Shown here piece by piece: positions 12,400-24,660 of a stretch of 64,000 nt of DNA (within the stretch, counting starts at the first letter, position 1; the number at the start of each line of letters is the position of its first letter). The position numbers and the translations under genes were made by a program. The DNA comes from Heterodontus francisci (Eukaryota), in NCBI RefSeq assembly GCF_036365525.1, contig NC_090404.1, positions 12,800,550-12,864,549 on the forward strand, given 5' to 3'. The notes beneath the pieces are model-generated. The model was not told the origin of the DNA. It saw only the letters and a list, made by a program, of their open reading frames with translations, and searched no databases.

Positions 12400-14325
12400 G
12401 AAAGTCCTTTAGGGAAGAAAATCTGCTATTCTTATCTGGTCTGGCTTACATGTGACTCCAGGCCCACAGCAATGTGTTTGACTCTTAATGCCCTCTGAGA
12501 TGGCCTAGCAAGCCACTGAATTGTATCAAACCGCTACAAGGTTGATAAGGAATGAAAGTGGACGGACTACCCGGTATCAACCCAGGCACTGGAAACGACA
12601 ACGGCAAACCCAGCCCTGTAAACCCTGCAAAGTCCTCCTTACGAACATCTGGGGTCTTTTTTCAAAGTTGGGCGAGCTGTCCCACAGATTAGTCAAGCAA
12701 CAGCCTGACATAGTCATACTCACGGAAGCGTTTCTTACAGAGAATGTCTCAGGCACTGCCATCACCGTCCCCGGGTATGTTCTGTCCCACCGGCAGGATA
12801 GACCAAATAGAATGGCGGCACAGGGGTAAACAGCGTAAGTAGCGCTGCAATCCTGCCACATTCAGTTGTAAATGGTGGTGGACAATTAAAAAACTAGCTG
12901 GAGGAAGTGGCTCCACAAATATCCCCATGCTCAATGATGGGGGAGCCCAGCACATCAGAGCGAAAGATAAGGCTGAAGCATTTGCACCAATCTTCAGCCA
13001 GAAGTGCCGAGTGTTTCATCAGTCTCCACTTCCTCCTGAACCCACCGACCCCCTGCATCCCAGATGTCAGTCTTCAGCCAATTCAATTCACTCCGCATGA
13101 TAGCAAGAAACGACTGAATGCACTGGATACTGGCAAGGATATGGGCCCTGACAACATTGTGGCAATTCTACTAAAGACCTGTGTTCAAGAACTTGCTGCA
13201 CACCTAGCCAAACTGTTCCAGTACAGCTACAACACTGGCATTAACCCGGCCATGTAGAAAATTGCCCAGGTATATCCTGTACACAAAAAAGTAGGACAAA
13301 TCCAACCCGGCCAATTACTGTCCCATCAGTCTACTCTCGATCATCAGTAAAGTGATTGAAGGTGTCATCAACAGTGCTATCACGCTGCAGTTGCTAAGCA
13401 ATAACCTGCTCGTTGATGCTCAGTTTGGTTTCCGCCAGGGCCACTCAGCTCCTGACCTCATTACAGCCTTGGTTTAAACATGGACAGGAGCTGAATACAA
13501 GAGGTTGAGTGAGAGTGACTTCTCTTAACATCAAGGCAACATTTGACCGACTATGTTGGCATCAAGGAGCCCTAGCAAAACTGGAGTCGATGGGAATCAG
13601 GGGGAAAACACTCCGCTGGTTGGAGTCATACCTAGCGCAAAGGATGATGTTTGTGGCTGTTGGAGGTCTATTATCTCAGCTCCAGGATATCACTGCAGGA
13701 GTTCCTCAGGGTAATGTCCCAGATCCAACCATCTTCAGCTGCTTCATCAATGACCTTCTTTCAATTTTAAGGTCAATAATGGAGATGTTCAATGATGATT
13801 GCACAATGTTCAGCAGTTTGTGTAGAAATGCAGCAATATCTGGACAATATCCAGGCTTGGGCTGATAAGTGCCAAGTAACATTCGCACCACAAAGTGCCA
13901 GGCAATGACGATCTCAAGCAAGTGAGAATTTAACCATCTCCTCTTCACATTCAATGCAATTACGATCGCTGAATCACCACTATGAACATCCTGGGGGTTA
14001 CAATTAACCAGACACTGAACTGCAGTAGCCATATAAATATGGTAGCTTCAAGAGCAGGTCAGAGACTAGGAATTCTGTGGTGAGCAACTCACCTCCTGAC
14101 TCCCCAAAGCCTGTCCACCATCTACAAGGCACTAGTCAGGAGCGTGATAGAATACTCTCTACTTGCCTGGATGGGTGCAACTCCAACAACATGCAAGCAG
14201 CTCGACACCATCCAGCCCGCTTAATTGGCACCCCATTTACAAGCATTCACTCCCTCCACCGATGTACAGTGGCAGCAGTGTGTACCATCTACAAGATGCA
14301 CGGCAGCAGCTCACCATGGCTACCT
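12400..14325 (+). mobile_element. LINE family B with 5' UTR, endonuclease start and RT; internally deleted and frameshifted
   Basis: NIWGLFSKLGEL...PDIVILTE (APE N-terminus); GPDNI; GVPQG; FINDL. Confidence 0.9.
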
Positions 14326-14327
14326 AG

Positions 14328-15530
14328 TCAGCAGATCTATCGAGTCAACAGAAGTGCATCTTCAACATACCGATGGCCAGCTCGATGGTAGCTCGGGCCA
14401 AGCCATGGCAGACGTTGTTGTTGTCTCCAGCATCCTTGCTGGAATTTTTCAGCTGCACCGGAAGCCATGCCATTCGGGGATAGTCCTTATCCCCAAGAAG
14501 CCGCCGCTGAAGTTGAGCAGGGGGAGTGAACAGCAGCGGCAGCTGGGACTGGTGCAGTATTAATGGACCACACCTGTGTCTTGGGCCTGTCTCCATTGGA
14601 GATGCCTCATCATGGCAGTGGGATGCAGGAACACATCCATCGCTATGCTCCTAGTCACTTCCGGTACCTTCAAAAGATCCCTCTCACCTATCTGGGCAAA
14701 GATTTGTGTGAATTCCTGCTTCAGCAGTGTTCCAGCATTTGATGTTTATTATGGCATGACGCATCACGCACAAACTTTACATAATTGTGAGCCAATCATT
14801 TCATTTGCCCGCACGGGACCACCAACCACAGCAGCCTGCACAGTTTCCCAGTTGCTTCCCTGACTCCTCCCGAAACAGTTTATCCAAATGCAGAGTGGAC
14901 CCTTCCCCCCATCTCTTTGCCGAAACACAAATGCAGAATAGATGCCCTCCTCCTCCCCTTGCCGTTATACGAAAAACAGATGCAGGGTTCCAACCCCGCT
15001 CATTTCTGGCGAGTTCACCTCATAGCATACAAGGCCAGGGGCCAAGTTCTGGAAAATGGGACTGGAATGGTTAGGTGCGTGATGGCCGGCACAGACACGA
15101 TGGGCCGAAGGGCCTGTTTCTGTGCTGCATGACTCTATGACACTACAAATGTCCTGGTCCGCTACAGAAAGGAATACGAGCAAGGCATTATTTACCAATC
15201 TTTGCAGGCATCGAGGACACTTGCCTCGGTGGCGCCTGGTTTTCAAAAACAGGAAGCAGAAGGCACACGTCGAGCTCAAGATTGGAAACGGTTGGTAGAA
15301 TTGCAGGGAATTCCATTTAAATGAATGCAGAAAGGTAATTCAAATATGGTCACTCTGGTCCCATCGCAGAGCGGCGGAGGGGTCGACACGAAACTTCCCT
15401 GCCACCAGGAAGATCGGGCGCGCCATCCCGTCCTTGGGATCCGTGGCGGCCGCCAACGCTCCAATTCTGCAACATCACCACGCCCCACCACCAACACGGA
15501 ATCCGGCGTTGGGTTGAAAACAAAATCCAC
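14328..15530 (-). mobile_element. PIF/Harbinger relic with a HARBI1-like transposase fragment (14330-14565) and a CpG-rich putative terminus near 15530
   Basis: ILHQSQLP...LLGDKDYP...TIELAIGMLKMHFC resembles the DDE_Tnp_4 GDxGYP and IERxxGxLKxRF motifs; extent beyond 14570 uncertain. Confidence 0.7.
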
Positions 15531-16028
15531 TTGCGCGTACACACACACACACTCGCATATATAACACTTTGTGTGTGCTCATTTCAGTTTTTCCTTGTAA
15601 CTAGATGAGTCTTACGAATGTAAGATATCAGGACTCATCATCCAGTACTGTGAGGTCACTGTGACTGGGTCAGGTGAAAACTGAATTGAAAGTCCTACAG
15701 GGAACAAAAACAATCATGAACATTAAAAACGGCGATCAATTGTCACAGTATAACACAAGTGTGAATTAGTCAACTTTACCACAACAGAGTTTGCCACTCA
15801 GTAGTGTGAAGTACAGTGCACTATTGCTCACCTATAGTCTTATCCCTCAATCCCAGTCCATCTCTGGAAGATTGCTATAACATTCACCCCATCCTTCAAC
15901 ACAAACGTAAGCCACATAAGAGCAGAGCAATGAGAAACTGCACACAGCTGCTGATAACTATTAACAGGACGAAACATATTCATCCATACTGAACATGGTT
16001 GCACCCTCCCACACAAACAGATATATGA

Positions 16029-16210
16029 GGTAGAAATTGGTCTCAGGCAGTGGCACAGAACTGGCAGTATCGGATTGTCAGCCCGGTATAGACAGCACCT
16101 GATATTTAATTCTGTTGACTGCAATGAAACTGAATATCAGGAGCTGCATAGAACGGGCGGCTGATCAGACAGCGCCCGTTTTGGGCGATCGCCTGTGACC
16201 AATTCCAGCC
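16029..16210. mobile_element. Palindromic MITE (Harbinger/Tourist-like)
   Basis: Arms of ~85 bp are imperfect reverse complements (GGTAGAAATTGGTCTCAGGC... / ...GCCTGTGACCAATTCCAGCC); flanks TGA/TAA. Confidence 0.75.
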
Positions 16211-16249
16211 TAATATCTTTATTAATAAAAATATTCCTTCATCTCAGAG

Positions 16250-19200
16250 AGACATCGTCCTCTGCAGTGATAACTGAGACAGGGTCTAGTGTAATACAAA
16301 CAGAGACATGGTCCAGTTTAACATAAACAGAGACAGTGTCTAATGCAGTAATGAAGAATACAAGGCCTAAATGAATATTAACTGAGACATGGACCAGTGC
16401 AATAATAAGTAAGAAAAAACTTAATATAATGTTAGGAGAGAGAGGGTCTAGTCCAGCAGTAATGGAGATTTTACCTAGTGTAATATAAATAGAGGCAGGG
16501 TCCAGTGCAGTAACAGCTGAGACAGGGCCCAGTTCTGAAATAACTGACAGAGAGACTGGCGTAATATATCAATGACATGCTCTGTTGTATTATAAACAAG
16601 GACAGGGTCTGGTGCAGTAAAACTGAGGCAGGGACTGGTGCACAAATTTTGATCTAGGGCCTACAGTAATATCAACTGAGACTGGGTCTGGTTCAGTAAT
16701 CACTGAGACATTGCCTCGTGCAATTAAAACGCTGACTGCACTAAGGTAGTGATAGATAACATGGACTTGTGTAATATAACTAGGGACAGGGTCCAGTACT
16801 ATATAAACAGAGACAGGGTCTAGGGCAACATAAACAGAGACAGGGTCCAGTGCAATATAAACCGAGACAGCGTCCAGTGCAATATAAACAAAGACATGGT
16901 CCAGTGTAATATAACCAGAGACAGGGTCTAGTGTAATATAAGCATAGACAGGATCTAGTGCAATAGAAACAGAGACAAGGCCGAGTGTAATATAAACAGA
17001 GACTGGGTCCAATGTAATATAAACAGAGACTGGGTCCAGTGTAACATAAACAGAGACAAGGCCTAGTGTAATATAAACAAAAAGAGGGTCTAGCACAATA
17101 TTAAAGGAAAGAGAGGGCCTAATATAATATTAATGGAGACAGGGTCTAGTGCAATATAAACAAAGACAGGACCTTATGTAATATAAATAGACAGGGACTC
17201 GTGTAATATAAACAGAGACAGTGTCTAGCGTAATATGAACAGAGGCAATGCCTAGTATAATATATAAAGAAACAGTGTTCAGTTTACCATAAACAGGCAC
17301 ATGGTCTAGTCTAATATAAGCAGAGAAAGTGCCTTGTGTAATATAAACAGAGGCAGTGTCGATTGTAATATATACAGAGACAGGGGCTCGTGTAATATCG
17401 AGACAGGGTCTCGTGTAATATATACAGAGACTAGGTCTAGTGTAATGTAAATAGAGACAGGCCTAATTTAATATAAACAGTGATGGCATCCAGTGTAATT
17501 TAAACAGACTTGGTCTAGTGTAATACATGTTCTAGTTTAATATAAACAGAGACAGTGTCTAGTGCAGTACTGACTAATACAGGGTCTGAATTACAATTAA
17601 CTGAGACATGGACCAGTGCAACAATGACTGAGAAAGGTCTTAATAACACATAAACAGAGGCAGGGTCTAGTCTAGCAGTAAATGAGATTTTACCTCGTGT
17701 AATATAAACAGAGACAGGGTCGTACGGGGGTAATATGGTCAGAGCCATGCTCTGTTGTATTGTAAACAGGGATAGGATCTGGTGCAGCAAAACCTAGGCA
17801 GGGACAAGTGCACAAATTATTGATACAGGACGTACAATAATATAAATTGAGACTTGGTCTAGTTCAGTAATTACTGAGACATTGTTTCTTGCAATTAAAA
17901 CTCGACTGGATCTAGTCTAGTGATAACAAACATGGACTCGTTTAATATGTACAGAGACAGGGTCCCGTGCAATAGAACCAGAAACAGGGTCTAGTGCAAT
18001 ATGAACAAAGACAGGGTCTGGCGCTATATTAACGAAGAGAGAGGGCCCAGTTTAATACAAACAAATATATGTTTCAGGGAATTAACAGCAGGGCCATGGT
18101 CACGTGTAAATTAAAACAGAGACAGGGCCTAGTGTAAAATAAACAAAGACAGGCTCTAGCGCAATATTAATGGAGAGACGGGGCCCAGTTTAATATGAAC
18201 AGAGAACGAGCCTTGTGCAATATGAACAGAGACAGGGTCCACTGTAATAGAATCAGAAACAGGGTCTGGCACAATATAAATAGAGACAGGGTACAGTGTA
18301 CAATAAACGGAGACCGGGTCTGGTGTAATATTAACAAAGACAGGGTGTAGTGCAATATAAAGAGAGACAGGGTCTAGCGCAATATTCACAGAAGATAGGG
18401 CCTAGGTTAACTTAAACAGAAGCATGTTTTAGTGGAGTAATGACAGGAACGTGGTCTAGTATGAGATTAACGGAGAAAGAGCCTAGTATAATATAAACAG
18501 TAAAATAAAAGCAAAATACTGCGGATGCTGGAAATCTGAAATAAAAACAAGAAATGCTGGAATCACTCAGCAGGTCTGGCAGCATCTGTGGAAAGAGAAG
18601 CAGAGTTAACGTTTTGGGTCAGTGACCTGCTGAGTGATTCCAGCATTTCTTGTTTTTATATATTATATAATATAAACAGAGGCTGGATCTTGTGTGATAT
18701 AAACAAAGACAGGGTGTAGTGCAATATAAATAAAAACGGCCTAGCGCAGTAACAGAGAGAGAGGGTCGACTTTAATGCAAACAGAAAAGAGACAGGGTCC
18801 AATGTCATATAAACAGAGACAGGGTCCAGTGTGGTATGAGCAGAGACAGGGCCTAGTGCAATATTAACAGAGAGAGGATCCAATGCAATCTAAACAAAGG
18901 CAAGGTCTAAAGCAATATTAACTGAAGGGAGCGCCTTATTTAATATAAACGGAAACATGTTTCAGTAGAGTAGTAACATGGACATGGTCTAGCTTAATAT
19001 AAACAGAGAAAGAGCCTAGTGTAATCTAAACAGAGACTGGGTCTAATGCAATATAACCAGACAGGGTCGAATGTCATATAAACAGAGACAGGGTCTAGTG
19101 TAATATAAACAGTGACAGTGTCTCGTGCAATATAAACATAGACAGGGTCCAGGGCAATACTAACAGAAGGGCCTAGTGTAACATAAACAGGAACATATTT

Positions 19201-19850
19201 TAGTGACGTAAAAACAGGGGAATGGTATAGTGTAATAATAAGTGAGACAGGGTGTAGTATAAAAGAAAACTGAGACAGGATCCACGGCAGTTTTAGCTGC
19301 TAGAGGACATTGTGTAATATAAAGTGAGCCAAACCCAAGAGCAGTAATTCCTGATGAAGGGACTCGATTTCTTGAGCTGAGACATGGACAAGTGCAGCAA
19401 TAGGTGAGACAGGGTTCTGTGTATTAGTAACAGCGAGATGGTTTAGTACTGTAATAACAGAGGCAGGGGATTGTGTGATGTAAACTGACACATGGTCTAG
19501 TGCAGTAATAACTGAGGCAAGGCATTGTGAAATATAAGCAGAAACATAATCCAGTATATTAACACCTGAGATTGGGTCAATGTAGAAATAACTGAGTCAT
19601 GGATTGTCTTAATATGACCAGACACAACGTTTGTTGCAATACAAATGGAAAACTGATCGAGTGTCGTAGAAGCAGAGACAGTATCAAGTGCAATATAAAC
19701 TAAAGTAGGGTCGAGCACAATATAAACAGAGGCAGAGTCTAGTATAATATAAACAGAAACAAAGTCTAGGACAGTAACAGCTGAGACAGGGCCTAGCCTA
19801 GTGTAATATGAAGAGAGAAAGGGCCAGGAGCAGTGATAACTGTCTCAGCG
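16250..19850 (+). repeat. Large 27-bp minisatellite array (~3.6 kb)
   Basis: Consensus GTG(T/C)AATATAAACAGAGACAGGGTCTA, roughly 100+ diverged units; internal higher-order duplication (~16330-16800 vs ~17590-17970). Confidence 0.92.
18503..18659. mobile_element. Penelope-like element fragment with a 36-bp perfect inverted repeat, inserted in the minisatellite
   Basis: 18541-18576 is the exact reverse complement of 18624-18659; same family at 7590-7670 and 27775-27885. Confidence 0.65.
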
Positions 19851-20239
19851 CCTTTTTCATGTGATGTGAACAATCGGGCTTTCACTGACATCTGGTGGCT
19901 TTGTTTGGCCATTGCTCCTATTGTGAAAATGTCATGTCTGTTACTGTTCCTTATATTAATGTATCAAAAAATAACTTGCATTGATCGACCACTTCATCAC
20001 CTTCTCTAGAAGCTTCCAACATTTGAGGTGCAACTAATTGCAGATGAACGTGGTCGATTTATGTACAAAGACATCAGTAATAGAGTGACGTGGCTGAACT
20101 CCTGTTCATGTAGTTTTGTTGATCTTGGTTGAAGATTTGCCAGCACTTGTGGCTGAACCTGCCTCTCAAGGATTGGCCTTTGCAACCATCAGTAAAGCTG
20201 CACCGAGAGAAGACACCCCATTTTATATGAGCCGAGCAC

Positions 20240-21930
20240 ACCAGGCAAGGCTGAAGCATTTGCACTCATCTTCAGCCAGAAGTGCCAAGTGGATGATCCA
20301 TTTCGGCCTCCTCCTGCGGTCCCCAGCATCATAGATGCAAGTCTTCAGCCAATCCGATTCACTCCACGTAATGTCAAGAAATGGCTGAAGGCACAGGACA
20401 CTGAAAAGGCTTTGGGCCCTGACAACATTCCGGCAATAGTACTTAAGACTTGTACTCCAGAACTAGTCGAACCTCTAGCCTAGTTGTTCCAGTACAGCTA
20501 CTTCACTGGCATCTACCCGGTAATGTGGAAAATTGCCCAGTTTTATCCGGTCCACAAAAAGCAGAACAAATGAAACCTGACCAATTAATGCCCTATTAGT
20601 CTACTCTCGATCATCAGAAGAGTGATGGAAGGTGTCGTCGACAGTGTTATCAAGCGGCACTTGCTTAGCAATAACCTGCTCATTGATGTTCAGTTTGGGT
20701 CGCGCCAGGGCCACTCAGCTCCTGACCTCATTACAGCCTTAGTCCAAATATGGACAAAAGAGCTGAACTCCAGAGGTGCGGTAAAAGTGACTGCCCTTGA
20801 CCTCAAGGCAGCATTTGACAGAGTATGGTATCAAGGAACCCTGGCAAAACTGGAGCCAATGGGAATCAGGGGAAAATTTCTCTGCTGGTTGGAATCATAC
20901 TGAGCAAAAAAGAAGATGGTTGTGGTTGTTGGAGGTCAAACATCTCAGCTCCAAGACATTACTGCAAGAGGTCCTCATGGTAGTCTCCTAGGCCCAACCA
21001 GCTTCAACTGTTTCATCAATGACCTTCCCTGCATCTTAAGGTCATAACTGGGAATGTTTGCTGATGATTGCACAATGTTCAGCACCATTCACAACTCATC
21101 AGATACTGAAGCAGCTCGTGTCCAGATGCAGAAGCACCTGGGCAACATCCAGGCTTGGGTTGATAAGTGGCAAGTGACAATCACGGCACACCAATACCAT
21201 TCAATGACGATCTCAAACAAGTGAGAATCTAACCATCTCCCTTGATGTTCAATAGCACTACCATCGCTGGTAGTAACCCCACTATCATCAACCAGAAACT
21301 GAACTGGACCAGAGACGCAAACACTGTGGCTACAGGACCAGGTCAGAGGCTAGGTATTCTGCGGCGATTAGCTCTCCTCCTGTCTCCCAAATGCCTGTCC
21401 AGCATCTGCAAGGCACAAGACAGGAGTGTGATGGAATACCCATCACTTGCATGGATGGATGCATCTTCAACAACATTCAAGAAGTTCGACACCATCCAGG
21501 ACAAAGAAGCCCGCTTGATTGGCACCCATCCACTAACTTCAACATTAACTCCCTTCACCACCGAAGCACAGTGCCAGCAGTTTGTACCATCTATGAAATG
21601 CAACTTACCAAGGTTTCTTCGACAGCACCTTCCAAACCCGCGAACTCTACCACTTCGAAGGACAAGGATAGCAGTTGCATGGGAACAGCACCACCTGCAA
21701 TGTCCCCTCCAAGCCACACACCATCCTGACTTGGAACTATATAAACTTTCCTTCACTGTCACTGAGTCAAAATCATAAGACTCCCTTCCTAACAACACTG
21801 TTGGTGTACCTACAAACCAATGACTGCAGCGATTCAAAAAGGCAGCTGAGCACCACGTATCGAGGACAATTAGGGATGGGCAATGAATGCTGGCCTAGCC
21901 AACGACGCTCATACCCCATGAACGAATAAA
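20240..21930 (+). mobile_element. LINE family B, RT through 3' tail
   Basis: QFGSRQGHSAPDL, ALDLKAAFDRVW; tail ...CCCCATGAACGAATAAA. Confidence 0.9.
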
Positions 21931-22105
21931 TGTATTGTTCGCTGCATGTCCATCATTCTTGTGGATGGAAGAATGCCAAACCATGGTTGAAAGGGGGAAT
22001 GTTGACCAGGACACAGTGTGGGGACCATGGGAACTTTAATGTCCACTGCAACAGACAAGGGAAAGGGGACAGCTTATTGGTTCTTGATACCACCTGAAAG
22101 ACAGT

Positions 22106-23082
22106 GGGGGCGATTTTCCCTTGTACTTTAAGTGCTAAGCAGCCTCCAATGGAGCCACAATGGGATCTTAAGCTGAAACGTTAGTTTATCTCGCGTTTAA
22201 CGGAAGACGCCACGTTGGTAAAGAAGTTGATGCTTCGGCTAGGTAAGGCCGCCCAGAGGAGCATTCAACAGCTGATTCTTACCGAACTCGCCTGTTAGCG
22301 CTCATTAAAGAGATGGCATTTTGATAACCAGCACTAGATAGACCCTCTCTCTAAACAGCAACCAGCTGACTGGGGTAAACGAGTTGTTGCCGAGGTTTTC
22401 TGTGCTACTTAAATGTACATCGCCTTTTACTGTCCACTCACTGCTGGAGGTTTGAAGAGGACTTTTGAAAAACATCTGGAGAAATTCTGGGACACTTTTG
22501 CCACTTCACCAAGACAGTATCAACATTTATTCTTAGAAATTCTCTGCGTCACACATCCAAAAAGTGAAAGAGATGTGAAACGTGACCTTACAGGAGCAAC
22601 TAAGAGAATGTGATCGCTTGGCCATCGGCATCTTGCTGGCTGGATGAGTTGGGGGAGCACATGAGGCCAGGCTGGGCAGCACCAGCTGCTGCAGGATAGT
22701 GAGACAGGAGGGTGATGTGGTGCCCTTCCCCACTGCGAGTAGAGGACATCCCTCCTCCCCTGGATCTCATACTCCACAACCTACAATGCTGTGTCTGAGA
22801 ATCTGTGCACCCACTCAAATGGTTCCTGAGCCATCCTGAAACATGTTACCGTGTGTCAGTCAGGTTACCCAACACTTCTCGACCTCATATACTGCTTCAA
22901 GAAAATTGTGGCTAATCAGCACTTGAGTGCTGAACCTGCTGGTATCTGGTTTAGTGCCTCCAGGCGAGTTCAATTATGGTAAGCAGCAATTAGGATCAAC
23001 ATTGTGTGCTAAGTCCAGAGGTGTTTCATTAGCACAGTGCCCATTGAGCCCCCTGCTTTCACTCTTTCATCAAAATAACCGC
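22106..23082 (-). mobile_element. PIF/Harbinger-derived non-autonomous element with a Myb/SANT-like ORF relic (22720-22810)
   Basis: HRFSDTAL*VVEYEIQGRRDVLY resembles the N-terminus of Harbinger Myb-like (NAIF1/MSANTD-type) proteins; weak inverted similarity between the ends. Confidence 0.55.
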
Positions 23083-23264
23083 AAAGTGTTTCATATATAT
23101 GCCTGTATGTACGGGTACAAAACACTGCATATTGTTTGCAATTCCACAAATATAAATAATTATTTTCACATGTTTTAGCATCTTTTTAATTAAAAATGTA
23201 ATTGTAGACCGGGGTAAGGAGCAGCTACTCACCAGTCTCTGTACTTTGTTGTGAAGCCGACAGA

Positions 23265-23642
23265 GGAGGTGGTGGCGTAGTGGTAACGTGACTGGGCTAA
23301 TAATCCAGAGAACCAGACAAATGCTCTGAGGACATTGGTTAGAATTACTCCACAGCGGATGGTGAAATTTAAGTTCAATTAATAAATCGGGAAATTAAAG
23401 CATATCTAAAGGTGACCATATAGATTGTTCTAAAAACCCATCTGGTTACCGAACGTCTTTTAGGGATGGAAATATGCCATCCTTACCCAGTCTGGCCGAA
23501 TATGACACCAGACACCCAGATATGTGGTTAACTCCTAAATTCCCTCTGCAACAGCCTAGCAAACCTCTCAGTTCAAGGGCAATTAGGGATAGGCAGTAAA
23601 TGCTGGCCTAGCCAGCGATGCCTGCATCCCATGAACGAATAG
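23265..23642 (+). mobile_element. tRNA-headed SINE with family-B LINE 5'-UTR segment and 3' tail
   Basis: A box TGGCGTAGTGG; middle matches 12405-12520; tail matches 21860-21930. Confidence 0.8.
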
Positions 23643-23899
23643 AAATAAGAATCTGATGGTACATACCTCGTGTGTGTGATGATCTGTGCAAGTGATAGTA
23701 AAATGCACCTGATGTTAAGTTAATAAATCTGCAAATGACTAGTTTATTATTCCTCTCATTTGCAAAGGAGTGAAACACTTGCAGCTTTCCAGTGACTTTC
23801 ACTCAATTTATGTTTACACAGATTCCATTTCAGCCTATTACCTTCACAATTTCATTACCTTCATTGACGTCTTTCAATACTTTTTATGGTTTAGTTCAT

Positions 23900-24660
23900 T
23901 AATAACTGAGATAAAAACTAATTATACTATATTATATGATGTGACATAGTGATATGGCCGAGTGCATCAATAACTGAGTGGCGGCCTAGCATAATATAAA
24001 AAAGCAACATGGTTTGGTGTAATATAAGTGCGACATGATCTAGTGCAGTAATGAGCAAGGCCTAATGTATTATAAGCAGGCAAATAGTCTCCTGCAATAA
24101 CAACTGCACATGGTGTAATGTAGTAAGCTAATGCAGGATCTAGTGTAATAGAAACAGAGAGATGGTCCAGTGCAGAAATAAGTGAGACAGGGCCTAGTGT
24201 AATATGAGCAGATATAAGGTCTAGTGCAGTAATAACAGAGAATAGGTCATGTGCAATACAAACAAAGAGACTGTTTAATGCAGTGCCAACTGCAATACTG
24301 CCTAATGTAACATAAACAGATACAGGGTCCAGTGCAATATCAGCAGAGATTTGATTTTGTCGAAAATCAACTGTGGAATGATCCCGTACACTGCAGGTAA
24401 AGACTGTATTAAGTGAGGGAGAAGGTAGTACTATATAAACACACACACAGAGAGTGAGAGAGAAAGAGATGGTCTAGTGCAGTAATAACTGAGAAAAATC
24501 TTTTATAATATATTAAAAGGCACACTATTCTACACTTAATACTGAGACATCGCCAGGAATAGGGTGTCAAGTGTAATGTAAACAGGTTCGTGTGTAATGC
24601 AATGTGTACTACAGTGTCATGTATACTTTTTTATTACATTAGCTCTCACTGCACTAGGCC
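23900..24660 (+). repeat. Degenerate 27-bp minisatellite array
   Basis: Same unit as 16250-19850. Confidence 0.8.

Noticed and set aside
16590-17096. 168-aa ORF with 9-aa periodicity (LDPVSVYIT), and similar ORFs at 7790-8458, 17515-19718 and 23967-24446
   Set aside because: Translation of the 27-bp minisatellite; no splice structure, and frames break between arrays
16250-19850. CRISPR-like or switch-region interpretation of the 27-bp array
   Set aside because: Contiguous units with no unique spacers, eukaryotic context, upstream of V, and not AGCT-rich
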